The notes under the pieces: model-generated
Database searches by the model: none
The model's input: the letters and a program-made list of their open reading frames with translations, nothing else
Told to the model about the DNA's origin: nothing
DNA from: Thermoplasmata archaeon
GTDB lineage: Archaea; Thermoplasmatota; Thermoplasmata; RBG-16-68-12
Assembly: GCA_021788795.1 (NCBI GenBank)
Contig: JAJYKG010000001.1
Coordinates: 1 to 30,466 of the forward strand
Reading direction: 5' to 3'
Length of the DNA: 30,466 bases
Part shown: piece after piece, positions 8,314-17,227 of the stretch
Numbering within the stretch: position 1 is the stretch's first letter
Layout: each line of letters begins with the position of its first letter
Position numbers and translations under genes: made by a program

Positions 8314-8495
8314 TCCACCAACCTCGGCTGAGGAAGAAGCGCCGCGGGAGTAAGCATTCGGTCTTTACTCTAAGGAACGATGTGAATTTCGGACTCCGAA
8401 GATGCACCGCCCATTGCGCCGGGGAGGGGAGCCCGACGTCCACTTTCGCCAGCCCCCGCGCTGGCCTTTTAACATCGGGCGGCGTTGCTCCGCCC

Positions 8496-9536
8496 GTGGA
8501 ACTGCCCGCTCTGGCCAAATTCCCCTTCCTTCGCGAGGCGGCCGCCCACATCCGCGCGGAGGGAATCACCCTGGAGGAGCTCCTCTCGGAAAGTGCGTAC
8601 GCGCGGGCGCGGGCCCTGGGAAAATCCCGCGTCGTCGAGGCCCTAGAGAAGGGGCCGCCGACGGAGCGCGTGGCCATCGACACCGCCGATCAGCTCGCCC
8701 AGCTCCTCGCCTACCCGGTCGCCCGCATCCTCGTCTCCGCGAACGCGGACCACTACCTCATCCGGCGGTTCTCCCTCCACGAGGCGATGGCCGCGGAGCT
8801 TCGCCTCGAGGCGGAGCCGGACGATTTCATCGTCCACCTGGCCGCCGAGCTGGGCCTCGACCTGCGGCGGGAGGACGGCGCCTTCCGCCTGCACTTGGCG
8901 GACTTCCTCTTGTACACGAACACGCTCCGCGAGCCACCCTGGAAGCTCATCAACCAGCGGCTCGACGCCGGATACGTCCATCTCCGGAGGGAGAAGGCCC
9001 TTCGAGTCTTGCGCAACGCAATCGAGCGGCACATCGAGGAGGGCCTGCCGATCCCCGTGAACGACACGATCGAGAGCGCCTTCCGGGCGGACCTCGCGGA
9101 CATCCGCGAGCGTCTGGAGAAGAAGAAGGCGACCTTCAAGGCGGACGACATCGGAAAGATCAGCATCACCCGCTTCCCGCCGTGCATGTACAACCTCCTG
9201 GCCCAGATCCAGAACCATGAGAACGTGCCCCACATGGGCCGGTTCGCCATCGTCTCCTTCCTCCACACGATCGGCCTGTCGAACGACGAGATCTTCCGCG
9301 TCTTCGGCGACGTCCCCGACTTCGCCGCGGACGTCACGAAGTACCAGATCGACCACATCACCGGGACGACATCGCCCACGGAGTACACCCCGCCGGAGTG
9401 CTCGACGATGAAGTCGTACGGCCTGTGCCCCGGGCCGGACCGCCTGTGCCTTCGGATCCGGCACCCCCTCAGCTACTACCGCATCAAGGGGAAGGAGAGG
9501 CGGCCCCCGGGCGAGAGCGCGGCCACGGCAGTGTAA
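8496..9536 (+). CDS. priL: DNA primase large subunit
   Basis: Shows AKFPFL, AQLLAYPVARILVS, FPPCM, HMGRFAIVSFL and PPECSTMKSYGLC...RLC (four Cys, Fe-S domain). The GTG start at 8496 follows a TTTTAA box at 8467-8472. Confidence 0.9.
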   Translation: MELPALAKFPFLREAAAHIRAEGITLEELLSESAYARARALGKSRVVEALEKGPPTERVAIDTADQLAQLLAYPVARILVSANADHYLIRRFSLHEAMAAELRLEAEPDDFIVHLAAELGLDLRREDGAFRLHLADFLLYTNTLREPPWKLINQRLDAGYVHLRREKALRVLRNAIERHIEEGLPIPVNDTIESAFRADLADIRERLEKKKATFKADDIGKISITRFPPCMYNLLAQIQNHENVPHMGRFAIVSFLHTIGLSNDEIFRVFGDVPDFAADVTKYQIDHITGTTSPTEYTPPECSTMKSYGLCPGPDRLCLRIRHPLSYYRIKGKERRPPGESAATAV

Positions 9537-9625
9537 CCGTTATCAGAATGACCAGGAAACGCTCTTATATCCGAAAACCCGCACGCCGCATCGCCTCCCG
9601 GGCGCGACCCGAGGCGGCAGGCGAG

Positions 9626-10083
9626 ATGAACGATATGAAGACCGGGCTTGCGTGGTTGATCGGCTTTGTGGTGGCGCTCTTGGTGGCCCTGATGGTGTTC
9701 GTCGTGAACACCCCCTTGGGTGCCAACCTGTCGCTCGTGGGCGGGTTGATCGGGGATTCCTCGTGGGGTTCCTCGTCCGAGACGTGAAGAAGGGCATCGT
9801 GCACGGCTTCGTCAGCACCTTCGTCGGCGGGCTTGTGGGCATGCTCCTCGGCCTCTTCGTGATCGTGGCCATCGTGACCTCCGCGATCCCCGTGTTCGGG
9901 GGCGTGGTCGGTGGCCTCCTGCAGATCTTCGCCATCATCGCGGCCATCGGCTATGGAATCGCGGTGGGCATCGTCGGGCTCGTCGGCGGGGCCCTCGGCG
10001 GGGTCGTCGGGGAACACATGGGGCCCGCGCCCGTTGCCCAGCAACCCGCGACGCCGCCCCCTATGGTGCCGCCCCCGATGTGA
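9626..10083 (+). pseudogene. Gly-rich membrane protein (DUF5518-like) split by a single-base deletion; real frameshift or assembly error
   Basis: One frame gives MNDMKTGLAWLIGFVVALL...VGGLIG and the other continues GFLVGFLVRDVKKG.... One extra G in the G4 run at 9752-9755 would join them into a 152-aa protein. A TTATAT box lies at 9565-9570. Confidence 0.7.
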
Positions 10084-10100
10084 GGCGGGAGAACCACCTT

Positions 10101-10736
10101 CTACGGCGGGGCGTCGAAGCCCCGCCATATTCCAACGGCCCGCTGGACCGCGGTCGCGTTCGCGAGGATCGCGAAGAGGACCAGGATCCACCCGAGCGGG
10201 CCGAAGGCCGCCGCGCCGATTCCCCAGGCCGCATTGCCGTTCGGCGCGAGGAGGAGCTGCACGAGGCCGCCGAGGCCCAGCAGGACCAGGCGGTCCGCGC
10301 GCCCCAGGAGGCCCGCGTACCGGCGGCCCTGACCGACCGCCTGGGCTTGGGTCCCCATGTAGGACGTCAGGAGCACGCCGATGATCGCGAGCGTGCCGAC
10401 CCAGAGCGGGCAGTACGCCGCGTTGAACGCGATGCCGGCCAGGAGGAACACGTCCGCGTAGCGGTCGAACACGTGGTCGATGAAGTCGCCCCGCGCGGAG
10501 GCCTTGCCGAACATCTTCGCGACCTTGCCGTCGAGGGCGTCCAGGTACGAGCTCAGGAGGAGGAGCACGAGGGCGGCGAGGAGGAGCCAGGCTCCCCCCA
10601 GGTAGAAGGACGCCCCCGCGACGGCGGCGACCAGGAGGGCCATCCACGAGATCGCGTTCGGGTTGACGCGGCCCAGGCGGGAGGCGACGGGCACGAGAAG
10701 GCCGTCCGCGGCGGGCCGGAGGCGGTCTAGTACCAC
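10101..10736 (-). CDS. CDP-alcohol phosphatidyltransferase (archaetidylinositol-phosphate synthase-like)
   Basis: Motif DALDGKVAK...GDFIDHVFDRYAD, plus NPNAISW and GLLGRADR. The GTG start at 10736 overlaps the adenylate kinase stop. Confidence 0.88.
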   Translation of the reverse strand: MVLDRLRPAADGLLVPVASRLGRVNPNAISWMALLVAAVAGASFYLGGAWLLLAALVLLLLSSYLDALDGKVAKMFGKASARGDFIDHVFDRYADVFLLAGIAFNAAYCPLWVGTLAIIGVLLTSYMGTQAQAVGQGRRYAGLLGRADRLVLLGLGGLVQLLLAPNGNAAWGIGAAAFGPLGWILVLFAILANATAVQRAVGIWRGFDAPP

Positions 10737-11248
10737 GAGAGCACCTCGTCGCTCCAGTCCACGGAGCCGGGCTCGTGCCCCTGGGTCTTCCCGCGGAGGA
10801 TCCCGAGGATCGCGTCCGCGGTCTCCTCGGGCGTCCCCCGCGTCGTGTCCACCTCGTACACGAGGGGGAGGCGCTCCACCGCCTGCTGGGTGATCACGTC
10901 GATCGCCTCGGCCTCCACGTTCTCCCGCACCTTCTCCGGCGGCCACCCGCGCGCCTCGAGCCTCGCCCGGAGGACCGCGGGAGAGCAGCGCAGCACCACG
11001 GCCATGTCGACGCCCATCTCATGGGCGTAGTGCGATCGGAGGAAGGCGATCTTCGCGGGCACGCGCAGGCTCTCCCGCAAGGCGTCCACGTCGACCTCGT
11101 CGCTCCCGCGCGCTTCGTCCCGGCCCACGACGAAGCCCCCCTGGCGGGCGACCTCATCCAGGTCGAGGACGACGTAGCCACGGCGGGACAGGACGTCGCA
11201 GGCGGTCGTCTTCCCCGTCCCCGGGGTCCCCGTGACCGCGACGAGCAT
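10727..11248 (-). CDS. Adenylate kinase, AK6/Fap7 family
   Basis: Walker A GTPGTGKTT, SHYAH, VVLRCSP and KVRENVEAE. A TTTAA box at 11273-11277 (minus) lies about 25 nt before the ATG. Confidence 0.88.
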   Translation of the reverse strand: MLVAVTGTPGTGKTTACDVLSRRGYVVLDLDEVARQGGFVVGRDEARGSDEVDVDALRESLRVPAKIAFLRSHYAHEMGVDMAVVLRCSPAVLRARLEARGWPPEKVRENVEAEAIDVITQQAVERLPLVYEVDTTRGTPEETADAILGILRGKTQGHEPGSVDWSDEVLSWY

Positions 11249-11277
11249 CGGAGGGCACGATGGGCGGGGCCGTTAAA

Positions 11278-11700
11278 TCACTTGCGGCTCGTCGCCCCGA
11301 ACGGGAGGTCCTTCCAGACGCGGCGGAAGTACCAGCCGCGGACCCCCATGCCCACAAGGATGCCGACCAGATTCATGACGAACGCCAGGACGAAGAAGAT
11401 GAGGCCGTAGTGGGCGACGAAGAACGGGATGTCGCCTGGCTGGGCCAGGTAGAGGCCGGAGAAGAGGATGGGCGAGAGGGCGATGAGGGACGCGAACACG
11501 GCGCCGAGCGGGAGGGAGACGATGAGAGCGATGCCCCCGAGGGTGAGGTCGTCCGTCGCGAAGCCTACCGCGGCCGCGACGAGGCCCAGGACGGCGAGGG
11601 CGAGGGCGAACGACGCGCTCCCCAGGGCGGGGAAGCTCACGGTCGGGAAGACGCCCTCGAAGACCACGTAGCCTACGGAGAGCCCGAGGACCACGGACAA
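11278..11700 (-). CDS. Hypothetical multi-pass membrane protein; start uncertain
   Basis: Four hydrophobic segments. The track uses a TTG start, but the frame stays open and hydrophobic upstream of it. Confidence 0.7.
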   Translation of the reverse strand: MSVVLGLSVGYVVFEGVFPTVSFPALGSASFALALAVLGLVAAAVGFATDDLTLGGIALIVSLPLGAVFASLIALSPILFSGLYLAQPGDIPFFVAHYGLIFFVLAFVMNLVGILVGMGVRGWYFRRVWKDLPFGATSRK

Positions 11701-11740
11701 CGCGGCTCCGTGCGCGATCAGGCGCCCCAGGACGGAGAGG

Positions 11741-12424
11741 TCACGCGGCGAGGTCGTCCCCCCAGGTGAAGACGATCCGGTTGACGTTGAGCAGGTAGTC
11801 GGCCGTGTTCGGCGAGGAGGCGGCGGGGATGCCCAGGATGTCGAGACTCACGAGCACCCAGGCGTTCCAGACGATGCTCGACGGGCTTCCGCCCGTGCTC
11901 ACGACGTAGTCCGTGATGTTCTGGACCACGCGGAAGTTCGTGGCGTCGGAGGACGCGTTCAGCCGGAGGGGGAAAACCAGGGTCGCGTGGCCGTCCGCCG
12001 GCACGCGGGACGGCGCGACCTGCACGGACTCGATGTAGACGAGGGTGAACAGCTGCGTGCGGCTGCCGTTCGTCACGGCCACCTCCTGCCGCGCAGGGGC
12101 TACGGGCACGTGGGCCTCCGCCGGGACGTCCTCGATCCAGACCTTGTACGCGACCGTGTCGAAGGCGAGATCCCGCGGGCTCGGGTTGCCCACTGTGAAG
12201 AGGAAGGTGAAGTTCACGGTCCCGTTGTCCAGGAGGGCGCCCGCGGGCGTCGTCCCCTCGTAGTGGACGACCTGGGCGACGTCCAGCGTGGAGAGGCGCG
12301 CGTCCGCGACGGAGAGGTACGTCCCCGCGGAGGCGAGGGCGAGGAGTCCGACGACGACGCCGGCGCCGAGGAGGACGTACCACGGCAGCTGTTCCGCACG
12401 GGAGGGCCGGCGGCCTTCGCTCAT
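11741..12424 (-). CDS. Membrane-anchored extracellular beta-rich protein (LEA2/Ig-like fold suspected)
   Basis: One N-terminal TM (WYVLLGAGVVVGLLALASAGTYL) followed by a beta-strand pattern (FTFLFTVGNPSPRDL..VAYKVWI) and five N-X-S/T sequons. Its start overlaps the oppF stop (ATGA). Confidence 0.75.
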   Translation of the reverse strand: MSEGRRPSRAEQLPWYVLLGAGVVVGLLALASAGTYLSVADARLSTLDVAQVVHYEGTTPAGALLDNGTVNFTFLFTVGNPSPRDLAFDTVAYKVWIEDVPAEAHVPVAPARQEVAVTNGSRTQLFTLVYIESVQVAPSRVPADGHATLVFPLRLNASSDATNFRVVQNITDYVVSTGGSPSSIVWNAWVLVSLDILGIPAASSPNTADYLLNVNRIVFTWGDDLAA

Positions 12425-13545
12425 AGGTCAGTCGAGGGGAGCTCCGGGGTCGGCGGCGCGACAGGCTCCGGCGCCATCGGAGGTGCCTCCAATCGTCCCT
12501 CGAAGATGTCCTCCGCGAAGTGGCACTCCACCGAGTGTCCGGGCACCACCTCGACCACCGGCGGCCGGACGAGCTTGCAGATCTCCTGGGCGTAGACGCA
12601 GCGCGTCCGGAAGCGGCAGCCGCTCGGCAGGTCAATGGGGCTCGGCAGCTCCCCCTGGATCGGGACGGCGGTGTACACGTGCTCCGGGTCCGGGATGGGC
12701 ACCGCGGTCAGGAGCGCCCGCGTGTACGGGTGCGTGGGATGCGCGATCACCTCCTCGGTGGGCGCGCTCTCGACGATCCGCCCGAGGTACATCACGTTGA
12801 TCCGGTCAGACATGTACCGCGCCACGGCGATGTCGTGGGTGATGAACACGTAGGGCATCCGGTGCCGCGCGCGGAGATCGAGCATGAGGTTCATCACGCC
12901 CGCGCGGATCGAGACGTCGAGCATGGAGACGGGTTCGTCCGCGATGATGACCTTGGGGTTGAGGACGATGGCGCGGGCGATCGCCACGCGCTGCCGCTGC
13001 CCACCGGACATCTCGTGGGGGAACCGGTCGAGGAAGTCCTGCCCGGGCCGGAGCCCCGCCTCCTCGAGGGCACGGATGACGAGCTCCTCGCGCTCCTCCC
13101 GCGACTCGCCGATGCCGTGGATGAGGAGCGGCTCGGAGATCGCGCGCAGGACGCTGTAGCGTGGGTTGAGGGACTCGTACGGGTCCTGGAAGATCATCTG
13201 GAGGTCGCGGCGGAAGCGGAAGAGATCCCGCGGATCCAGGACGGCGATGTCGACGCCCTGGAAGAGGATCCGCCCCTCCGTGGGAGTCTCGAGCCGCGCG
13301 ATCAGCCGCCCCGTGGTGGTCTTCCCGCACCCCGACTCCCCGACGAGCCCGAGGATCTCGCCCTGCCGGAGGTCGAAGCCGATCCCGTCGACCGCGCGGA
13401 CGGAGACGGGCTCTCCGCGGAGGGACTTCAGGAAGCCCTGCTTGAGCTGGTAGTACTTCTTGAGGTGCTGGACGCTGACGACGACCCCGTCCTCCGCGAC
13501 GGGAGGGGCCTCGACGACCTCCGGGACCGCGGAACCGGCGCTCAT
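12421..13545 (-). CDS. oppF: Oligopeptide/dipeptide ABC transporter ATPase (OppF/DppF)
   Basis: GESGCGKTT, QMIFQDP, MSGGQRQR, IIADEP and a C-terminal CRFRTRC...C...CH cluster. The ATG at 13545 overlaps the oppD stop. Confidence 0.93.
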   Translation of the reverse strand: MSAGSAVPEVVEAPPVAEDGVVVSVQHLKKYYQLKQGFLKSLRGEPVSVRAVDGIGFDLRQGEILGLVGESGCGKTTTGRLIARLETPTEGRILFQGVDIAVLDPRDLFRFRRDLQMIFQDPYESLNPRYSVLRAISEPLLIHGIGESREEREELVIRALEEAGLRPGQDFLDRFPHEMSGGQRQRVAIARAIVLNPKVIIADEPVSMLDVSIRAGVMNLMLDLRARHRMPYVFITHDIAVARYMSDRINVMYLGRIVESAPTEEVIAHPTHPYTRALLTAVPIPDPEHVYTAVPIQGELPSPIDLPSGCRFRTRCVYAQEICKLVRPPVVEVVPGHSVECHFAEDIFEGRLEAPPMAPEPVAPPTPELPSTDL

Positions 13546-14882
13546 GTGTGGCCCAGCCCCCCCTGCTCGTAGAAGTCCTTCGAGAAGTGGCACAGGGCGC
13601 GGTGGCCTCCCTCCGGGGTGTAGAAGTAAGCGGGCTCCTGCACGAGGCAGACGTCCTGCACGTACTTGCAGCGCGGGTTGAAGCGGCAGCCCTTGGGCGG
13701 GGTCACGAGGCTCGGCGGGCTCCCGGGGATGGCTTCCAGGCGGCGCTTCTCGCCCTTGACGCTCGGGAAGGCGCCCAGGAGGCCCTGGGTGTAGGGATGG
13801 AGCGTCCGGCTGAAGATGTTCTTCGAGGCGCTCTCCTCGACCAGCTGGCCGGCATACATGACGCAGATGCGGTCCGCGACCTTCGCCACCGTGGACACGT
13901 CATGGGAGATGATCAGGAGGGTCATCTTCAGCTGCTTCTGGATGCGGAGGACCTCGTCCATGATCCGGGAGGCGGTGATGACGTCCAGGGCCGTGGTGGG
14001 CTCGTCCATGATCACGAGCTTCGGGTTCAGGGCCAGCGCCATGGCGATCATCGCACGCTGCTTCATGCCCCCGCTGTACTCGTGCGGGTAGTTGTCGATC
14101 CGGTCCGGCGGGATGCCCACGAGCCGGTACAGCTCCTCGACGCGGGTCCGCGCCTGCCCGTCGTCCACGTCCTCGTGGGTCTGGATGGCCTCGATGATCT
14201 GGTCGCCGACGGTGTAGACCGGGTTGAGGGCGTTCATCGCGCCTTGGAAGACCATGGCGATCTGCTTCCAACGGATCGCGTTGAGCTTCGGGTGGTATTC
14301 CCGCAGCCGGCCGTCGGGCAGGCGGGTGATGTCGACGAGGTCGCCCTCCTGGGTGGCCGCGGAGAGACGGCGCCGCGCTTCGATCAGGGGCCGGCGGACG
14401 CTCGGGTCGTTCGCCTGCCAACGCTCCGTGAGGGTGTCCACCTGCTTCTGGAGCGTCTTGATCTCCGCGTCCAGATGCGTCCGGTACGTCTCCGAGAGCG
14501 GGTTCTCCAGGCGCCCGATCTCCTCCTCGAGCTCCTGGCGGTCCTGGGAGGAGCCGTCCTCCTTCGGCGTCTGCGCCAGCTTCGCCCTCAGGTCCTCCAG
14601 ATCCCGCTGGAAGCGGGACTCCGCGAGACCCCAGTACTCCGGACGATAGGGGTTCGAGCCCCCCTCGCCGTGGAACAGGACTTGGCCCCCGAGGACGTAC
14701 GCGTTGGACGGGAGGAGCTGCGTGATCGCGTAGGCCAGGGTCGTCTTGCCGCATCCGGACTCCCCGACGAGCCCGACCGTCTCCCCCTCGTCGATGTCCA
14801 GGTCGACGCCGTCCACGGCCTTGACCCACCCGGCCTGGACCTTGAAGTAGACCCGGAGCTTGCGCACGGAGACGAGCGACAT
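13542..14882 (-). CDS. oppD: Oligopeptide/dipeptide ABC transporter ATPase (OppD/DppD) with a ~110-aa helical insertion
   Basis: GESGCGKTT, IAMVFQGAMNALNP, YSGGMKQR, VIMDEPTTALD and a C-terminal CRFNPRC...C...CH cluster. Confidence 0.93.
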   Translation of the reverse strand: MSLVSVRKLRVYFKVQAGWVKAVDGVDLDIDEGETVGLVGESGCGKTTLAYAITQLLPSNAYVLGGQVLFHGEGGSNPYRPEYWGLAESRFQRDLEDLRAKLAQTPKEDGSSQDRQELEEEIGRLENPLSETYRTHLDAEIKTLQKQVDTLTERWQANDPSVRRPLIEARRRLSAATQEGDLVDITRLPDGRLREYHPKLNAIRWKQIAMVFQGAMNALNPVYTVGDQIIEAIQTHEDVDDGQARTRVEELYRLVGIPPDRIDNYPHEYSGGMKQRAMIAMALALNPKLVIMDEPTTALDVITASRIMDEVLRIQKQLKMTLLIISHDVSTVAKVADRICVMYAGQLVEESASKNIFSRTLHPYTQGLLGAFPSVKGEKRRLEAIPGSPPSLVTPPKGCRFNPRCKYVQDVCLVQEPAYFYTPEGGHRALCHFSKDFYEQGGLGHT

Positions 14883-14884
14883 GG

Positions 14885-17227
14885 TCAGCGCCTCCGCAGG
14901 CGGGGGTTGATGATCTCATCGAAGCCGCGGCCGATGAGGTAGAAGCCCAGGGAGAGGAACGTGATCCCGAGCCCGGGCGGCAGCAGCCACCACCAGGCGT
15001 GCAGCGCGCCGCTGAACGTCAGCAGGTTGGAGAGCATCCCGCCCCACGAGGTGACGGTGGGGTCCCCGAACCCGAGGAAGCTCAGGGCCGCCTCCGTGAT
15101 GATCGCGCCGCCGACATTCAGGCTCATGTAGAGGAAGCTGAACGGGAGCACGTTGGGCGCGATGTGGAGGAACACGAGCCGCAGGTCCGAGGCGCCGGAG
15201 ACGCGCGCCGCGTCCACGAACGGGCGCTCCTTGAGGCTGAGTACTTGGGACCGGATGACCCGGGCGATCCCCGGCCACCCGAGGATCGCGATGACCAGGA
15301 TGATGATCCAGATGCTCGGGCTCACGATCGAGATGAGGACGAGCACGATGGGCAGGAACGGGAGGACGAGGAAGACGTCCGTCGTCCGCATGAGGAGGGT
15401 GTCCAGGGTCTTGCCGTAATACCCGGAGATCACGCCGACGAGCGTCCCGATCCCGACGCTGAAGAACGCCGCCAGCAGGCCGACGAGGAACGCGATCTGC
15501 GTGCCGTAGATCCACTCGGTCAGAATGTCGCCGCCGAAGAAGTCCGTGCCCCACAGGTACGTGTTCCCGGACGGGTAGGAGCCGGGCGGGAGCGGGGTGC
15601 GCACGGATCCTTGGAGCTGGAACGCGACCGTCTGCGCGGTCACGGGGTCCGTCCAGACGCCCCAGAGCTCCTGCGTCGAAAGGCTGCCGTAGAGCGTGCC
15701 GTGGAAGGAGCCGCCGTACTCAATGCTCTGCACGCCGGTCGGCGGGAAGACCGGGAACTCGTCGGGCGTCACCGCCGACGAACCGGAGTAGACCGTCATG
15801 AGGGAGAAGATCCTGTGGTCGCTTCCCAGGAAGAAGACCCGGTTCTGCTCGAAGGAGTAGAAGTAGCTCAGGACGCGGCCGGGGATGTGGACCTGGAACT
15901 GGGGGACGAGCTGGTAGCTGATCCCCGACGCGGTGGTCGCATTCACCTGGGTCGCGCCGACGAAGTACGTGTCGTTGGACGTGGCGTTGTACCAGGCGCT
16001 GAAGTAGTCGCTCCCGGTCCGGCTGAAGGTGTGGCCGAGGGGCTGCCATCCTGTCCCGGGGAGGGTGTACATCGTCCCCAGGGTCAGCGTGTTGAGGTCA
16101 AGGTAGGCCATCCCGCTGGCGGTGGCGGAGCGCAGGGGCAGGTACAGGCGCAGGGGGTACTGGGCCTGGGTGTACCCGATGTTCCCGACCACGGTCGCCG
16201 GAGCGCCGTCGAGGGTGAGCGGGACGAACGCCCGGACGGTCCCGGTGACGTCCGCGACCTCGAGCGTCCCGTTCGCCAGGGGCAGGAAGATGCCTTGGCC
16301 CGGGCCCGAGCGGTAGGCGTCCGCCGACGTGACGCCGGACGGGTTGTAGTAGACGAACGGAGGGGCGGAGAGCGTCACGTTAAGGGAGAACACCCGGGAC
16401 CCCGTGTCGATCGAGGAGGCCCACGCGTTGCCGTACTGGACCTCGTAGACGACGGTCTCGGTGCCGTTGGAGGCATAGAAGTACTGGTACGGGCCGACCG
16501 GCGTGCAGATGATGCCGAAGCACGAAGACCGCTGGGCGGGGGCGATGAGCAGGTCCCCGGCGGCCAGCGGATCCTCCCCGGTCCACGTCGGCGTGAAGTT
16601 CATCCGATCCCGGAAGAAGGCGTTCGCGCTGAACGGGTCCGCCGCGACGAAATCCTGCCCCGAGAAGAACGCGATGCCCCCGTTGAGCAGCGACGGCCCG
16701 AGGCTGCCGTTGAGGAGGGTCGAGGGGACGACATAGTAGAGGGACACCATGGGAAGGCCGGGGGGCGGGGCCAGTTTGAAATACTGGGTGATGTCGATCG
16801 TGCGGGTGTAGTTGGACGACAGGAACGGGCTCTCGTTGAACCCCACGGCGTACTCGAGCGGGTTCATGTAGATAATGCCGGCGGTGCGGTTGTAGTTCAG
16901 CTCCCACATCGCGCCCGCGGCGTTGCTGAGCGGCGTCGTGGGCCCGAGCACGGGCTCCGCGTAGGTGAGGTTCGCGGGCAGATCCAGCGTGTACGCCTTG
17001 TTCTGGAACCGGTCCACGTCCGGCGCGAGGTACAAGCGCGGATAGGGAGCAATGACCGGGGCCAGGATGGCGATGAGGGCGAACAAGACCACGATGACGA
17101 AGCCGATCATGCCGAGGCGGCTCTGCCGGAGCGTGGACCACGACTTCCTCGCGAGCTGCCCCACGCGCTGAAGCACGAGCTGGCCGGTGGAGGGCGCCGG
17201 GCGGCCCGCGGAATCAGATGCGGACAC
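14885..17227 (-). CDS. oppC: ABC permease OppC/DppC with a ~490-aa extracellular insertion
   Basis: N-terminal TM (LGMIGFVIVVLFALIAILAP), then after the insert WGTDFFGGDIL, GVISGYYG, the EAA loop (ERPFVDAARVSGAS) and EAALSFLGFG. A GTG start at 17227 overlapping the oppB end was chosen. Confidence 0.88.
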   Translation of the reverse strand: MSASDSAGRPAPSTGQLVLQRVGQLARKSWSTLRQSRLGMIGFVIVVLFALIAILAPVIAPYPRLYLAPDVDRFQNKAYTLDLPANLTYAEPVLGPTTPLSNAAGAMWELNYNRTAGIIYMNPLEYAVGFNESPFLSSNYTRTIDITQYFKLAPPPGLPMVSLYYVVPSTLLNGSLGPSLLNGGIAFFSGQDFVAADPFSANAFFRDRMNFTPTWTGEDPLAAGDLLIAPAQRSSCFGIICTPVGPYQYFYASNGTETVVYEVQYGNAWASSIDTGSRVFSLNVTLSAPPFVYYNPSGVTSADAYRSGPGQGIFLPLANGTLEVADVTGTVRAFVPLTLDGAPATVVGNIGYTQAQYPLRLYLPLRSATASGMAYLDLNTLTLGTMYTLPGTGWQPLGHTFSRTGSDYFSAWYNATSNDTYFVGATQVNATTASGISYQLVPQFQVHIPGRVLSYFYSFEQNRVFFLGSDHRIFSLMTVYSGSSAVTPDEFPVFPPTGVQSIEYGGSFHGTLYGSLSTQELWGVWTDPVTAQTVAFQLQGSVRTPLPPGSYPSGNTYLWGTDFFGGDILTEWIYGTQIAFLVGLLAAFFSVGIGTLVGVISGYYGKTLDTLLMRTTDVFLVLPFLPIVLVLISIVSPSIWIIILVIAILGWPGIARVIRSQVLSLKERPFVDAARVSGASDLRLVFLHIAPNVLPFSFLYMSLNVGGAIITEAALSFLGFGDPTVTSWGGMLSNLLTFSGALHAWWWLLPPGLGITFLSLGFYLIGRGFDEIINPRLRRR

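Noticed and set aside
13550-13700. Cys clusters at the C-termini of OppD and OppF as a novel metal site
   Set aside because: The C-terminal Cys motif of oligopeptide ABC ATPases is an established feature, shown to bind Fe-S in some DppD proteins.
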